Assembly (NCBI RefSeq): GCF_057098645.1
Contig: NZ_CM169472.1
DNA: 64,000 nt
Direction: 5' to 3' (one strand)
Below, in pieces: positions 49,383 through 59,625 of this stretch (the first letter of the stretch is position 1; the number at the start of each line of letters is the position of its first letter). The position numbers and the translations under genes are program-made. The notes under the pieces were generated by a model, which had not been told where the DNA came from, searched no databases, and was given only the letters and a program-made list of their open reading frames with translations.

Positions 49383-49796
49383 TTATACAGGCCAGTTGAT
49401 GGATCGATTGTTATTAATGATATCTTCATGAGTCGGTGTCTCACCCAGCTTACCGAAGCTGGCATAAAGTGAAGGCAGACGGGCCCGTCCTTCTCCCTTT
49501 TTCGCCAGAGGGAAAGCGCGAAGCATGGCGGCAGCCTCCCAGTCACAACAATAGGATGGTGTGCACGGCTGCTGACGCCATGATTCAGCGATAGAGCCTG
49601 AAAATACGGGGTCAAAGCCGGTATCATTAACCAGAGTCATCGTGACCTGTACTGCGGCTGGATGATCTCCTGCTACTGCAACTGCTAGGCGACCGCGGCT
49701 CCCTTCAGGTAGTCTATTGTGGTCAACTAAAACTGGCCTCCGCGTTAGAGTTTTTCCAGTATCGGTTTTCTGATTCGTTTGGTGGTAACCCACCAT
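49383..49796 (-). pseudogene. 3' remnant of a gene truncated by the IS629-like insertion (possibly NAD(P)-binding reductase-like)
   Basis: Minus-strand ORF whose N-terminal portion runs into the IS left end at 49797; only about 138 C-terminal codons lie outside the IS. Confidence 0.4.
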
Positions 49797-49850
49797 TGAA
49801 CCGCCCCGGGAATCCTGGAGACTAAACTTCCTGAGAAAGAGGTAAACAGG

Positions 49851-50177
49851 ATGACTAAAAATACTCGTTTTTCCCCTGAAGTCCGTCAACGGGCAGTCCG
49901 TATGGTTCTGGAAAGTCAGGGCGAATATGACTCACAATGGGCGACAATTTGTTCCATTGCTCCAAAGATTGGCTGTACGCCGGAGACTCTGCGTGTCTGG
50001 GTTCGCCAGCATGAGCGGGATACCGGGGGCGGTGATGGAGGGCTCACCACCGCTGAACGTCAGCGTCTGAAAGAGCTGGAGCGTGAAAATCGTGAACTGC
50101 GCCGCAGTAACGATATCCTTCGCCAGGCTTCCGCTTATTTTGCGAAGGCGGAGTTCGACCGCCTCTGGAAAAAATGA
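49851..50177 (+). CDS. IS3-family transposase OrfA
   Basis: 108 aa, [35 protein letters not shown]... Confidence 0.85.
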   Translation: MTKNTRFSPEVRQRAVRMVLESQGEYDSQWATICSIAPKIGCTPETLRVWVRQHERDTGGGDGGLTTAERQRLKELERENRELRRSNDILRQASAYFAKAEFDRLWKK

Positions 50178-51064
50178 TGCCACTGCTGGATAAGCTGCGT
50201 GAGCAGTACGGGGTCGGACCGCTATGCAGCGAACTGCATATTGCCCCGTCAACGTATTACCACTGTCAGCAACAGCGACATCATCCGGATAAACGCAGTG
50301 CCCGTGCGCAGCGCGATGACTGGCTGAAGAAAGAGATACAGCGCGTATACGATGAAAATCACAAGGTATACGGTGTGCGTAAAGTCTGGCGTCAGTTGTT
50401 ACGGGAAGGTATCAGAGTGGCCAGATGCACTGTGGCACGTCTCATGGCGGTTATGGGACTTGCCGGTGTTCTCCGGGGTAAAAAGGTCCGTACGACCATC
50501 AGCCGGAAAGCCGTTGCCGCAGGCGACCGCGTAAACCGTCAGTTCGTGGCAGAACGACCTGACCAGCTGTGGGTGGCTGATTTTACTTACGTCAGCACAT
50601 GGCAGGGCTTCGTCTATGTGGCGTTCATCATTGATGTGTTTGCCGGATACATTGTGGGGTGGCGGGTCTCATCGTCCATGGAGACGACATTCGTGCTGGA
50701 TGCACTGGAGCAGGCGTTATGGGCCCGTCGACCGTCCGGCACGGTCCATCACAGTGATAAAGGTTCTCAGTATGTATCGCTGGCCTACACACAGCGGCTT
50801 AAGGAAGCCGGATTACTGGCATCAACAGGAAGTACAGGCGACTCGTATGACAACGCGATGGCGGAGAGCATCAATGGTCTTTACAAAGCGGAGGTAATAC
50901 ACCGTAAGAGCTGGAAAAACCGTGCAGAAGTGGAACTGGCCACACTCACGTGGGTGGACTGGTATAACAATCGACGATTGCTGGAAAGGCTGGGCCATAC
51001 TCCTCCGGCAGAAGCAGAAAAAGCTTATTATGCTTCCATCGGAAACGATGATCTGGCAGCCTGA
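50174..51064 (+). CDS. IS3-family transposase OrfB
   Basis: 296 aa, DDE domain. Confidence 0.85.
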   Translation: MMPLLDKLREQYGVGPLCSELHIAPSTYYHCQQQRHHPDKRSARAQRDDWLKKEIQRVYDENHKVYGVRKVWRQLLREGIRVARCTVARLMAVMGLAGVLRGKKVRTTISRKAVAAGDRVNRQFVAERPDQLWVADFTYVSTWQGFVYVAFIIDVFAGYIVGWRVSSSMETTFVLDALEQALWARRPSGTVHHSDKGSQYVSLAYTQRLKEAGLLASTGSTGDSYDNAMAESINGLYKAEVIHRKSWKNRAEVELATLTWVDWYNNRRLLERLGHTPPAEAEKAYYASIGNDDLAA

Positions 51065-51106
51065 GTTCACAGATAAAACACTCTCCAGGAAACCCGGGGC
51101 GGTTCA

Positions 51107-52391
51107 TTTTTTCCTGACGCTTGCCGAGTCCGGAGAACGAAAAACCGCAGTGGACAAATTATTAATGAAGCCCCTGTACCAGCAGGAGATGCAGTTATAT
51201 TCCAGATACAAAAGTGAACTGGCTGTCTGGAAAAACAAGGAAGAGCTTTTAAAGGCTCAGAAAAAAGCATTGTTGTCAAAACTGAATAAAGAACTCCGCA
51301 AAGGCGCGGATGAGTCAGAAACCCTCAGACAACTGGAAGTACTTCAGAAAAACAGTGCGGAAGAACCTGTGAGGTATAAATTCATTTTTAATGATGCCAC
51401 GACTGCGGCAATTAAGAATCAGCTTTGTGGTAAATGGCGTTCAGTGGGTATTATGTCAGATGAAGCCGGTATTATATTTGATGGATATACCCTGTCTGAG
51501 TTGCCTTTTATTAACAAAATGTGGGATGGCTCTGTATTGTCTGTGGACAGAAAGAATGAACCCGAACAGATGATTGAAAATGCCAGAATGACGTTATCCC
51601 TCATGGTGCAACCAGGTCTTTTTGACCGATATATGGAGCGAAAAGGTTCTGTTGCCAGGGACAGTGGTTTTCTTGCCCGTTGTCTTATCAGTAAACCTGC
51701 AACCACGCAGGGGAAACGCTTTATTAACGGAGCTGTGATTCCGGGAGGATCATTAACGGCATTTCATGAACGATTAATGGAACTGGCCAGAGGCAGTATT
51801 GAAAAATCCAGTGAGGATGAACGGTATTGTCTGCATTTTTCGCCTGAAGCGCAAAAAATATTTATTGAGCACTATAATGTTCTGGAGCAGGATTTATCCC
51901 CTTCCGGACCCTTAAGCCCGTTTCGGGGACATGTTTCAAAAAAAACAGAAAACATTGCAAGAATTGCAGCGTTATTTCAGTATTTCAGCTATGGTGAAGG
52001 GAAAATCTCTGCCGATATCATGACGTCTGCTGTCGTAATAAGTTCGTGGTACACAGATGAATATAAAAAATTATTTGCGTTACCTGATGAATCTGAACTG
52101 CAGCAGAAGGACGCCGAGGAGCTGTTCGACTGGCTCATTGAGGAGTGCCGCGGAGAATGCCCGCCCCGTGTCAGGAAAAATTATATTCTCCAGTGTGGCC
52201 CGGGCTGGTTCAGAAACAGGAAAAAACTGAACGCATTGCTGAACATTCTTGAATCTCAGTTCAGGCTTTCTGTCGTGCCGGAAGGAAAAACCATGTATGT
52301 TCTGCTTCCCCAGATAGCCAGTTTAAAGTTGTCTGATGTCTCTGGTATTTTTACCTCGGGTTATCACTACAATAAGCTGAGAGCGAAGTAA
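51107..52391 (+). pseudogene. DUF3987/YfjI-like protein (P4-like island gene), 5'-truncated by the IS insertion
   Basis: The long ORF 50922-52391 begins inside the IS and has no start of its own downstream of the IS end; roughly 428 codons resemble the YfjI/DUF3987 family as I recall it. Confidence 0.5.
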
Positions 52392-52450
52392 CCGGTGAGC
52401 AGTTTTTCTCCATTATGCTTCAGACTTAGATGATTGATTATTATGGGGAT

Positions 52451-52490
52451 TTCATCACCGATATTCAGATGTATGAATATCGGTGATGAA
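52451..52490. promoter_or_regulatory. Perfect 17-bp inverted repeat with 6-bp spacer (operator- or terminator-like)
   Basis: ttcatcaccgatattca-gatgta-tgaatatcggtgatgaa, read directly from the sequence, between the DUF3987 remnant and the convergent hypothetical gene. Confidence 0.5.
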
Positions 52491-52712
52491 CTAAAGCTCA
52501 GGAGCTGCGTGGTGGTGATGAATCAACAGGCATATAACTGATACCCGCCGGTCAGAAGTTCCAGCCTGCGACTTTCCTGTCTGCGTGCCCGCAGTCCGGC
52601 GTTCAGGTGCAGCGTGTGACAGAACGCACGGAGAGCGAAACGGCAGGCAGACAGGCCGTTCAGTCAGCCCTGGCACCCTGCCCGGATACCAGCTTCCCTG
52701 AAACAACTGGCA

Positions 52713-53321
52713 TCAGGTGCGCTTATCGTCAACCGTTGTGCGGTATGCCAGGAGCACGTACTGATCCATCAGATCCGTCAGTGCTGCGCTCTGCTTCTGA
52801 CGGTTGATGATCCATTCCTCCAGCTCTTTTTCTGATTTCCGTTTCAGATTCTCCGTCCAGTCGTCAAGGCAGTTTCCGGTCATTAAATCAAGCCAGCAAA
52901 GCCAGACCAGTTTGAGGCGCAACTCCGTGCCACCAAACTGACGGAAGAGGCTGATCAGTTTATTTGCCAGCGAACGCTGCCTCAGACGTTCACATTCAGA
53001 CAGGAGAATGCCTTCCAGCATCGGATGATGAACCAGCAGATGTTCACTGGTGCATAAATTCACTATCAGATCATCATCCAGGGGCGGCGTGGTCCGTTTG
53101 TCCGGACCATAAATCAGCCGGTGCAGACTCTGGGGTACGATGGCAATCTCCGGTTTTTCACCATTGAATGACACCCACCCGGGCGTCAGATTATGGAAGT
53201 AGTAGATATTCGGATGACACACGCCCCAGGATACGGCGTGCCGGGTGAAGCCGGTCAGCCATTTCTGGTAGCTTTCGTGGAGCAGCTCGTAACGGGTCTG
53301 ATACTGTGGTTTCATTTTCAT
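52713..53321 (-). CDS. Hypothetical protein (P4-like island), downstream of the alpA-like gene
   Basis: ORF 52713-53462; probable start at MKMKPQYQTRYELL (ATG 53321, preceded by a GAGGA Shine-Dalgarno); no family recognised. Confidence 0.5.
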   Translation of the reverse strand: MKMKPQYQTRYELLHESYQKWLTGFTRHAVSWGVCHPNIYYFHNLTPGWVSFNGEKPEIAIVPQSLHRLIYGPDKRTTPPLDDDLIVNLCTSEHLLVHHPMLEGILLSECERLRQRSLANKLISLFRQFGGTELRLKLVWLCWLDLMTGNCLDDWTENLKRKSEKELEEWIINRQKQSAALTDLMDQYVLLAYRTTVDDKRT

Positions 53322-53401
53322 ATTCCTCACGGGGGATAACAGGCAGCAGAACGCCGCCGGCAGGCCGGAGACTGCGTCTGCTGCAGATGAACGGTTAAGA
53401 A

Positions 53402-53608
53402 TTACGGACGGGACTGTGCAATACGCGCCTGCAGCCAGGCTTCCACTTCGCTTTTCAGCCATCGGGAGCTGCGGCCCATTTTGATGGGCGCAGGAAAGTC
53501 ACCATCCTTGATGAGTTTGTAAAACCACTTATCGGTCAGGCCGGTCAGTTGAGTGATAAATGCCATGTCGACCATCTGGTCATCCATCAGTGAAACTGGG
53601 GTGATCAT
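53402..53608 (-). CDS. AlpA-family phage/island transcriptional regulator (excisionase-like HTH)
   Basis: ...MAFITQLTGLTDKWFYKLIKDGDFPAPIKMGRSSRWLKSEVEAWL... matches the AlpA/Phage_AlpA pattern; exact start ambiguous among several in-frame ATGs. Confidence 0.7.
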   Translation of the reverse strand: MITPVSLMDDQMVDMAFITQLTGLTDKWFYKLIKDGDFPAPIKMGRSSRWLKSEVEAWLQARIAQSRP

Positions 53609-54255
53609 GAGAATGTTCCTCCGGATGTTGTTAAACCAGCCGGTGTGGTCATGAAAACAACGCACCACCTTCACCGGCATAACAACCGGGGAGAAACGTA
53701 AAAAATAATCGGGAATGTGACCGCCAGGAGATAAACGGGGAGGTTACGGTGGCTGAGCCGTACCGGTATGCCGGGTGGTTGTTACGAAACGATGCTTCCG
53801 CACGCGCGCGCGATAAAGAAGGGATGATTTTCGTGAGGAAGAGGGGAAAACTGGCGTTCTGATAATTGCAGAGTTATTTACGGGGCGGTTACGATGGGGC
53901 AGACCGTGTCCGGTGGGCAGGCGACAGGTATCACCGATGGGATAAGACTGTCTGATTGGTATTATAAATATATAAGAGAGAGCAAACACATGAGATCAAA
54001 TACATGAGTTCATATATGTGAAATAAACACGGTGAGTGTGATCAGTGGGCATGTGCAAAATGGCATCTGAATCGATCGCAGTTTGGCATTCGAATCGATC
54101 ATGATTTGGCATCCATCTCCGATCACAGTTTGGCATCACAATCGATCACGATTTGGCATGCTTCCGATCATTGATTGGCATCCTGCCAGTCACTCCGGGA
54201 ATTAACTCTTTTCACCACAGTCTCCATTGCCGTGTTTAAACCAGTGGAGACGTCA

Positions 54256-55821
54256 ATGTCCAGAAAGAGAAAATCCAGGAGCACTATGGAAACCTGTTTT
54301 AAGATCCTTCAGCTCAAGTTCGACAAGAAGCTGACTAACCGTTGTATCGGACTGACGTTACACATCAGCGCCTCAACCGTTTTTGAGGTTCTTGCCCGCT
54401 TCAAAGCCTCTTCTCTGTCATGGCCATTACCTGCTGATATATCCCATGACACGCTGGAGAAACTCATTTTTCCGCCCAAAGACACCTTTGCATCAGAGCT
54501 TGTAATGCCTGACATGTTGTACTTCGATACGGAAATGAGAAAACCAGGTGTGACGCGGCAACTGTTGTGGATGGAATACAAGGCACAGGCGGGTAACAAA
54601 GCGATGGGATACTCGCACTTCTGCCGTTGCTACCGGGAGTGGAAAAAAACGCGACGTCTCTCCATGCGCCAGGAGCATCGTGCCGGCGAAAAGCTTTTTA
54701 TCGACTTCTGTGGTCCTACGGTTCCTGTTATTAATCCGGACACCGGTGAGATACGCCGCGTGGCAATCTTCGTGGCCGTAATGGGGGCGTCCAACTATAC
54801 CTACGTTGAAGCGTGCGAAGGTCAGGACATGATGTCATGGTTAAATGCCCACAGCCGTTGCCTGACCTTCCTGGGCGGCGTACCGAAGCTGCTCATCCCC
54901 GATAACCTCAGAAGCGCAGTGAAAAAGGCCGATCGATATGAGCCTGTCATCAACGACAGTTATCAGGCACTGGCTGAGCACTATGGCACGGTTATCATCC
55001 CGGCCCGACCACGCAAACCTAAAGATAAACCAAAAGCAGAAAACGGCGTCCTCATCGTTGAACGATGGCTTCTTGCCCGCATCCGTAATGAAACCTTCCA
55101 CACGCTCAGGGCGCTGAATGCGCGCCTTAGGGAGTTACTGACAGACATGAATAACCGGCCAATGAAGGGGTACGGCAATCAAACCCGTGCAGAACGCTTC
55201 CGCATACTGGATGCGCCAGCACTCTCTCCGCTGCCTCTGGCACCTTATGAATACACGGAATACAAAGCTGTGAAGGTTGGCCCTGACTACCACGTTGAAT
55301 ATGCCCGTCACTGGTACTCCGTTCCACACGAACTGGTCGGTCAGCGTCTGTCACTGAAGGCGGGGCAGTCGGTGGTACAGCTCTGGCACAAGGGGCAGTG
55401 TGTGGCGCAACATCCGCGCAGCACACATGAATATAAACACACAACCAATCCGCTTCACATGCCAGAGCGCCACCGGCAGCACGGGACATGGACACCGGAA
55501 CGCCTGATCGAGCAGGGAAAACGTACGGGCCCGTCCACAGGCCGGGTGGTTGAATCCATGCTGAAGGCAAAACCCCATCCGGAACTGGCTTATCGTGCAG
55601 TTCTGGGGCTGCTGGCACTTCAGAAAAAATACGGCCCGGAACGGCTGGAAAAGGCCTGTTACGTTGCCCTGCACTATAACGCCCCTGACAGACGCTTTAT
55701 CGACAATCTGCTGCGTCACCATCGGGAGAACCTGGAGCTTCCATTATCCCGCCAGGGCGAACAACATCCGGCATATGCTTCAGAGCATGAAAACCTGCGT
55801 GGTCCGGGCTACTACCACTGA
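54256..55821 (+). CDS. istA: IS21-family transposase IstA
   Basis: 521 aa from MSRKRKSRSTMETCFKILQLKFDKKL...; HTH plus DDE domain. Confidence 0.8.
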   Translation: MSRKRKSRSTMETCFKILQLKFDKKLTNRCIGLTLHISASTVFEVLARFKASSLSWPLPADISHDTLEKLIFPPKDTFASELVMPDMLYFDTEMRKPGVTRQLLWMEYKAQAGNKAMGYSHFCRCYREWKKTRRLSMRQEHRAGEKLFIDFCGPTVPVINPDTGEIRRVAIFVAVMGASNYTYVEACEGQDMMSWLNAHSRCLTFLGGVPKLLIPDNLRSAVKKADRYEPVINDSYQALAEHYGTVIIPARPRKPKDKPKAENGVLIVERWLLARIRNETFHTLRALNARLRELLTDMNNRPMKGYGNQTRAERFRILDAPALSPLPLAPYEYTEYKAVKVGPDYHVEYARHWYSVPHELVGQRLSLKAGQSVVQLWHKGQCVAQHPRSTHEYKHTTNPLHMPERHRQHGTWTPERLIEQGKRTGPSTGRVVESMLKAKPHPELAYRAVLGLLALQKKYGPERLEKACYVALHYNAPDRRFIDNLLRHHRENLELPLSRQGEQHPAYASEHENLRGPGYYH

Positions 55822-55837
55822 CAGAAGGAACAACAGT

Positions 55838-56593
55838 ATGAGTGATAACCTGTTAAACAAACTGACCCAACTGAAACTCCCGGCGATGGCCGGGAGCCTG
55901 ATACGGCAGCGGGAAACGCCTCAGACCTACGACGAACTGTCGTTCGAGGAAAGGCTGACGCTGCTGGTTGATGACGAGCTTCTGAGCAGGGAAAACAGCC
56001 GTGTGGCACGGTTGAGAAAAAATGCCGGCCTGAAATACCAGGCAACACCGGAAGGGCTGCGCTATCCGGCCTCAAGAGGTCTGCGGGCTGAACAGATGAG
56101 AGAACTGCTGAACGGCCACTACATAACCCACAGGAAAAACCTGCTGATAACCGGTCCGACAGGATGTGGCAAGAGCTGGATAGCCAATGCGCTGGGCGAA
56201 CAGGCATGTCGACAGAAACACAGCGTCCGGTACTGTAGAACCGGGCGATTACTGGAACAACTGGCTCAGGGACGTGTTGATGGCAGCTGGCTGAAATATC
56301 TGAAACAGTTGCAAAAAATACAGGTTCTAATCCTGGACGATCTGGGGCTGGAACAGTTAAGTAACGCCCAGTGTAATGACCTTCTGGAGCTCATAGAGGA
56401 TCGTTACGGACAAAGCAGCACGATAGTGGTAAGCCAGTTCCCGGTAGATAAATGGCATGGTCTGATGGAGAACCCAACAACAGCAGATGCCATCCTGGAC
56501 AGACTGGTACATAACTCACACCGAGTGGTCCTTCAGGGAGAGTCACTGAGGAAAAATCCCCCGGTAGTGGAAAGCAGCGAAAAAACGCGTTAA
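55838..56593 (+). CDS. istB: IS21-family helper ATPase IstB
   Basis: MSDNLLNKLTQLKLPAMAG...; Walker A GPTGCGKS; AAA+ IstB-like. Confidence 0.85.
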   Translation: MSDNLLNKLTQLKLPAMAGSLIRQRETPQTYDELSFEERLTLLVDDELLSRENSRVARLRKNAGLKYQATPEGLRYPASRGLRAEQMRELLNGHYITHRKNLLITGPTGCGKSWIANALGEQACRQKHSVRYCRTGRLLEQLAQGRVDGSWLKYLKQLQKIQVLILDDLGLEQLSNAQCNDLLELIEDRYGQSSTIVVSQFPVDKWHGLMENPTTADAILDRLVHNSHRVVLQGESLRKNPPVVESSEKTR

Positions 56594-57568
56594 AAAGCGG
56601 TAGAAAAAGTTAAGTTCCCGGTTGATCGAATGGATGCGAATCGCTGATCGGACTTCGATGCCAATCCGTGATCGAATAGAGCGGAATACGCAGGCATGAT
56701 GAGAACGCAGTAGCAACAGACTGCGCTATCCCTGATAGCTGGCGTATAACCTGCGTATATAAAACGTACCAGCAACGCACGTGAACAGAGTGCATTAAGC
56801 ATCCGTCGTTGACACCGACCTGGTGAGTGACAGTCTGAGAGACCGGTTAAGTGGTGGTACGGGAGTAATGAGTTTGGGGAGGGTACCAGAATGTCAGTCT
56901 GGTACGGTATGCTGACAGTATCACGTTAATTGCAGCATAAAGTGATGAGAGGCTAATGGAAGTTAAAACCAGAGCAGTTCCGTCGTTGTTCATCCCGGGA
57001 GACACTGGAAAAAGTGATTTCCCACACGCGTTATAAGCTTACTCTAGCGGAGATGGAAGCCTTCAACTCTGCGGTCGATCACCGACTGGCAGAACTGACA
57101 ATGAACAAGCTTTACGATCGTGTTCCCGCTTCAGTCTGGAAATATGTCATCTGAGCGTTCGGTAATCACAACTGCATCGCGCCAGGTGTTATCCGCTTTG
57201 TGATTCTTATTGGCTCTTCTCAGGTTATTAAAAGCTGAATATGTTCCTGTTGTCGGGAACCAGGATAATACCGGGAACGTTAAGCGGTATAGCGACAACA
57301 AAGAATTCGAAATCAAAAGGGAATGGTGCCGGAGGCGTGGGCGGTAATGGGCTGATTTTCAGGTATTACCGGCTTACAGCGTGTGGTTGATATTGAGGGG
57401 CTGTGAGTTTCACGTATTTGTCAGAAACCCAGACGAGTTTTCCTGTATGAGACGAAATAAGGCAGCGGCAATACATGGAAAAATTTAATATGCTATGAAG
57501 GAGAACCTGTCGGTTACGCTTAATATAACCGGTACACTGTCAGCTCAGGGGATACATGAACCGTTATC

Positions 57569-57772
57569 TCACCAGCTACACAGTATATACACACTGACGC
57601 TGACAGTAGTCAGCAGGACCACAATAATCAGTGCCAGCAGTATGGTAACGATACGGTCTGTATTCCGGTAATAGCCGAAGGGGTCGACAGAACCACAATA
57701 CGGGCAACACACAGTATTATGAGTAATCGCGTTTCCACAGTCCCAGCACTTCTTTTTGCGTATCACCATCAC
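57569..57772 (-). CDS. Small zinc-ribbon membrane protein (hypothetical)
   Basis: 67 aa; CWDCG...CPYCG zinc ribbon followed by one hydrophobic helix (IVTILLALIIVVLLTTVSVSVYIL). Confidence 0.4.
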   Translation of the reverse strand: MMVIRKKKCWDCGNAITHNTVCCPYCGSVDPFGYYRNTDRIVTILLALIIVVLLTTVSVSVYILCSW

Positions 57773-57973
57773 TCCCTCCTCACAGCCTTACCCGTAACCG
57801 GTTTTTTACATTAAAAAAACAACGCTGAAAATTCAACCGTCAGTCCGGAGACGACCGTTCGGGTTATCTCAGAGTGCCTGAGATATTGCCTGGTTGGAGA
57901 TCACTTCAGGGACTCTGCGCATTTTTTACGGCGTGGTTAATCCGTATGAACGAAACCATACGGAGATTTAACC

Positions 57974-58543
57974 ATGACCTACAAATACAACCCCTTCTGG
58001 CAGCAACGTATTCGTGAGACGGTGCGGCACGCACTGGATGTTCATCCCCGCCTGACGGCATTGCGGGTTGATCTGCGTCTCCCGGATGTACCGGCAGCAA
58101 CGGACGCGGCTGTGATATCCCGCTTCATCAATGCCCTGAAAGCCCGAATCGACGCTTACCAGAAACGTAAGCATCGGGAAGGTAAACGCGTGCATTCCTC
58201 GACCCTGCATTACGCCTGGGCCCGGGAGTTCGGGGAGCTTAAAGGCAAAAAACACTATCACCTGCTGCTGCTGGTCAACCGGGATACCTGGTGTCGTGCC
58301 GGCGATTACCGCGCTCCGGGGTCACTGGCCGGAATGATTAAACAGGCCTGGTGCAGTGCCCTGGGGGTGGATGCCGGATGTTATGCCACGCTGGTGCATT
58401 TTCCGGTCAGGCCGGCGGTGTGGCTGGAACGCGATGATGAAACCGGCTTTCAGCAGGTACTGGAACGTGCTGGCTATCTGGCGAAGGAGCATACCAAAGC
58501 TCGCGGCACCGGTGAGCGCAACTTTGGCTGTAGCCGGAGTTGA
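57974..58543 (+). CDS. YagK/YfjJ (inovirus Gp2-like) family protein
   Basis: 189 aa; N-terminal MTYKYNPFWQQRIRETVRHALDVHPRLTALRVDLRLP resembles the YagK/YfjJ family found in CP4-type islands (from memory); Shine-Dalgarno present. Confidence 0.5.
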   Translation: MTYKYNPFWQQRIRETVRHALDVHPRLTALRVDLRLPDVPAATDAAVISRFINALKARIDAYQKRKHREGKRVHSSTLHYAWAREFGELKGKKHYHLLLLVNRDTWCRAGDYRAPGSLAGMIKQAWCSALGVDAGCYATLVHFPVRPAVWLERDDETGFQQVLERAGYLAKEHTKARGTGERNFGCSRS

Positions 58544-58795
58544 ACACGACAGACGCGCCAATACCCGGCAAACCAAAAGTATGGGTTGTTGTCTGGTGGC
58601 AACGATGTATCCACTCGCCCACTGACTGTTTTTTACGTCAGTGTTCCATTGTGTGACAACCACAATGCTGTAACAGCAACCAGCCTGCTTTACCCAAACT
58701 CCAGTCCAGATTTTAACTGAACCGCCATTCACACCTGACCACGCTGCCCGTACCGGGACGGCTGTTGCCTGCGTGTCGTCTGGCGGCTGAGGAAT

Positions 58796-59203
58796 ATGAC
58801 TATGTACGCAAAATCCTTTCTCGCACTTGATGGCAACGGGCGTCTGACGGGTGCCCGTACCGCACAGACTGCACCTTACGATCGCTACACTTGCCACCTT
58901 TGCGGCAGTGCACTCAGATACCACCCGCAATACGACACTGAGCGTCCCTGGTTTGAACACACTGACGACGGGCTGACAGCGCACGGTCAGCAGTGTCCTT
59001 ATGTCAGACCGGAACGCAGGGAGATACGCTTGATTAAGCGTCTGCAGCAATTCGTACCGGATGCCTTACCCGTGGTGCGTAAAGCCAGCTGGCACTGCAG
59101 ACAATGTCACCACGATTATTATGGGGAGCAGTACTGCACAAACTGCCAGACCGGAGGATTCAGTATTCCCCGGACAACTCGGGAGGAAATATGCGAATTC
59201 TGA
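58796..59203 (+). CDS. Cys-rich putative zinc-binding protein, paralog A
   Basis: 135 aa; CHLCG...PWFEH and WHCRQCHHDYYGEQYCTNCQTGG motifs; GAGGA Shine-Dalgarno. Confidence 0.55.
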   Translation: MTMYAKSFLALDGNGRLTGARTAQTAPYDRYTCHLCGSALRYHPQYDTERPWFEHTDDGLTAHGQQCPYVRPERREIRLIKRLQQFVPDALPVVRKASWHCRQCHHDYYGEQYCTNCQTGGFSIPRTTREEICEF

Positions 59204-59625
59204 ACTGTTATATGGCGAATGACAGCAAGGGGCATTTTGTTACGGCGAAAGAAGCAGCGAAGCACAACCGCCGGGACGTTTTGTGCTGTGTGTCCTGTGG
59301 ATGCCCGTTAACACTTCAGCGGGGCAATGACGGACAACAACCGTGGTTTGAACATGACCAGATGACTGTCGCTGAGAAAATCCTGCTGCGATGCACCTGG
59401 CTTGACCCGGCAGAGAAAGAGGCCCGTCGTTTGCATCTGCAGGGTATGACAGTTCTGGATTATACGGTGAAGGTGAGAAAGTGGTTTTGTGTGATGTGTG
59501 ACGAAGATTATGAAGGAGAAAAGTGCTGCCCGCGTTGTGGTACCGGGGTATACAGCAGGGCGTGGGGGCGGCAGGATGTGCCGTCGGAAGATGCCAGGGC
59601 TGATAATCCGTTACAGAGGTTGTAA
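59191..59625 (+). CDS. Cys-rich putative zinc-binding protein, paralog B (translationally coupled to A)
   Basis: 144 aa from ATG 59191 (GGGAGG Shine-Dalgarno); shares CxxCG...PWFEH and W.C..C.(D/H)DY.GE..C..C.TG motifs with paralog A; 13-nt overlap with A. Confidence 0.55.
   Translation: MRILNCYMANDSKGHFVTAKEAAKHNRRDVLCCVSCGCPLTLQRGNDGQQPWFEHDQMTVAEKILLRCTWLDPAEKEARRLHLQGMTVLDYTVKVRKWFCVMCDEDYEGEKCCPRCGTGVYSRAWGRQDVPSEDARADNPLQRL

Larger units (their letters stand above)
49797..51106 (+). mobile_element. IS3-family insertion sequence, IS629/IS1203-like, copy 2
   Basis: Same terminal repeats (TGAACCGCCCCGGG...) and orfA/orfB organisation as copy 1, in inverted orientation; several amino-acid differences from copy 1; flanking trinucleotides differ (CAT vs TTT), so no target duplication. 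Confidence 0.85.
54035..56700 (+). mobile_element. IS21-family insertion sequence (istA-istB), approximate boundaries
   Basis: istA and istB in tandem; both ends carry multiple short TTTGGCAT / GATCG-containing repeats (54055-54180, and ATGCCAA around 56640-56670) typical of IS21-family multiple terminal repeats. Confidence 0.65.

Noticed and set aside
50922-52391. 489-aa ORF beginning inside the IS629-like element
   Set aside because: The N-terminal 60-odd codons are IS sequence read in a non-transposase frame; the real gene is a 5'-truncated DUF3987-like remnant starting at the IS boundary.
54175-54255. Extended istA start giving a 548-aa ORF
   Set aside because: The upstream extension lies within the IS21-type terminal repeat region; the ATG at 54256 gives a typical IstA N-terminus.
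56900-57160. Possible small coding fragment ending ...LTLAEMEAFNSAVDHRLAELTMNKLYDRVPASVWKYVI
   Set aside because: No in-frame start with a ribosome-binding site was found; may be a gene fragment left after IS21 insertion, but too uncertain to call.
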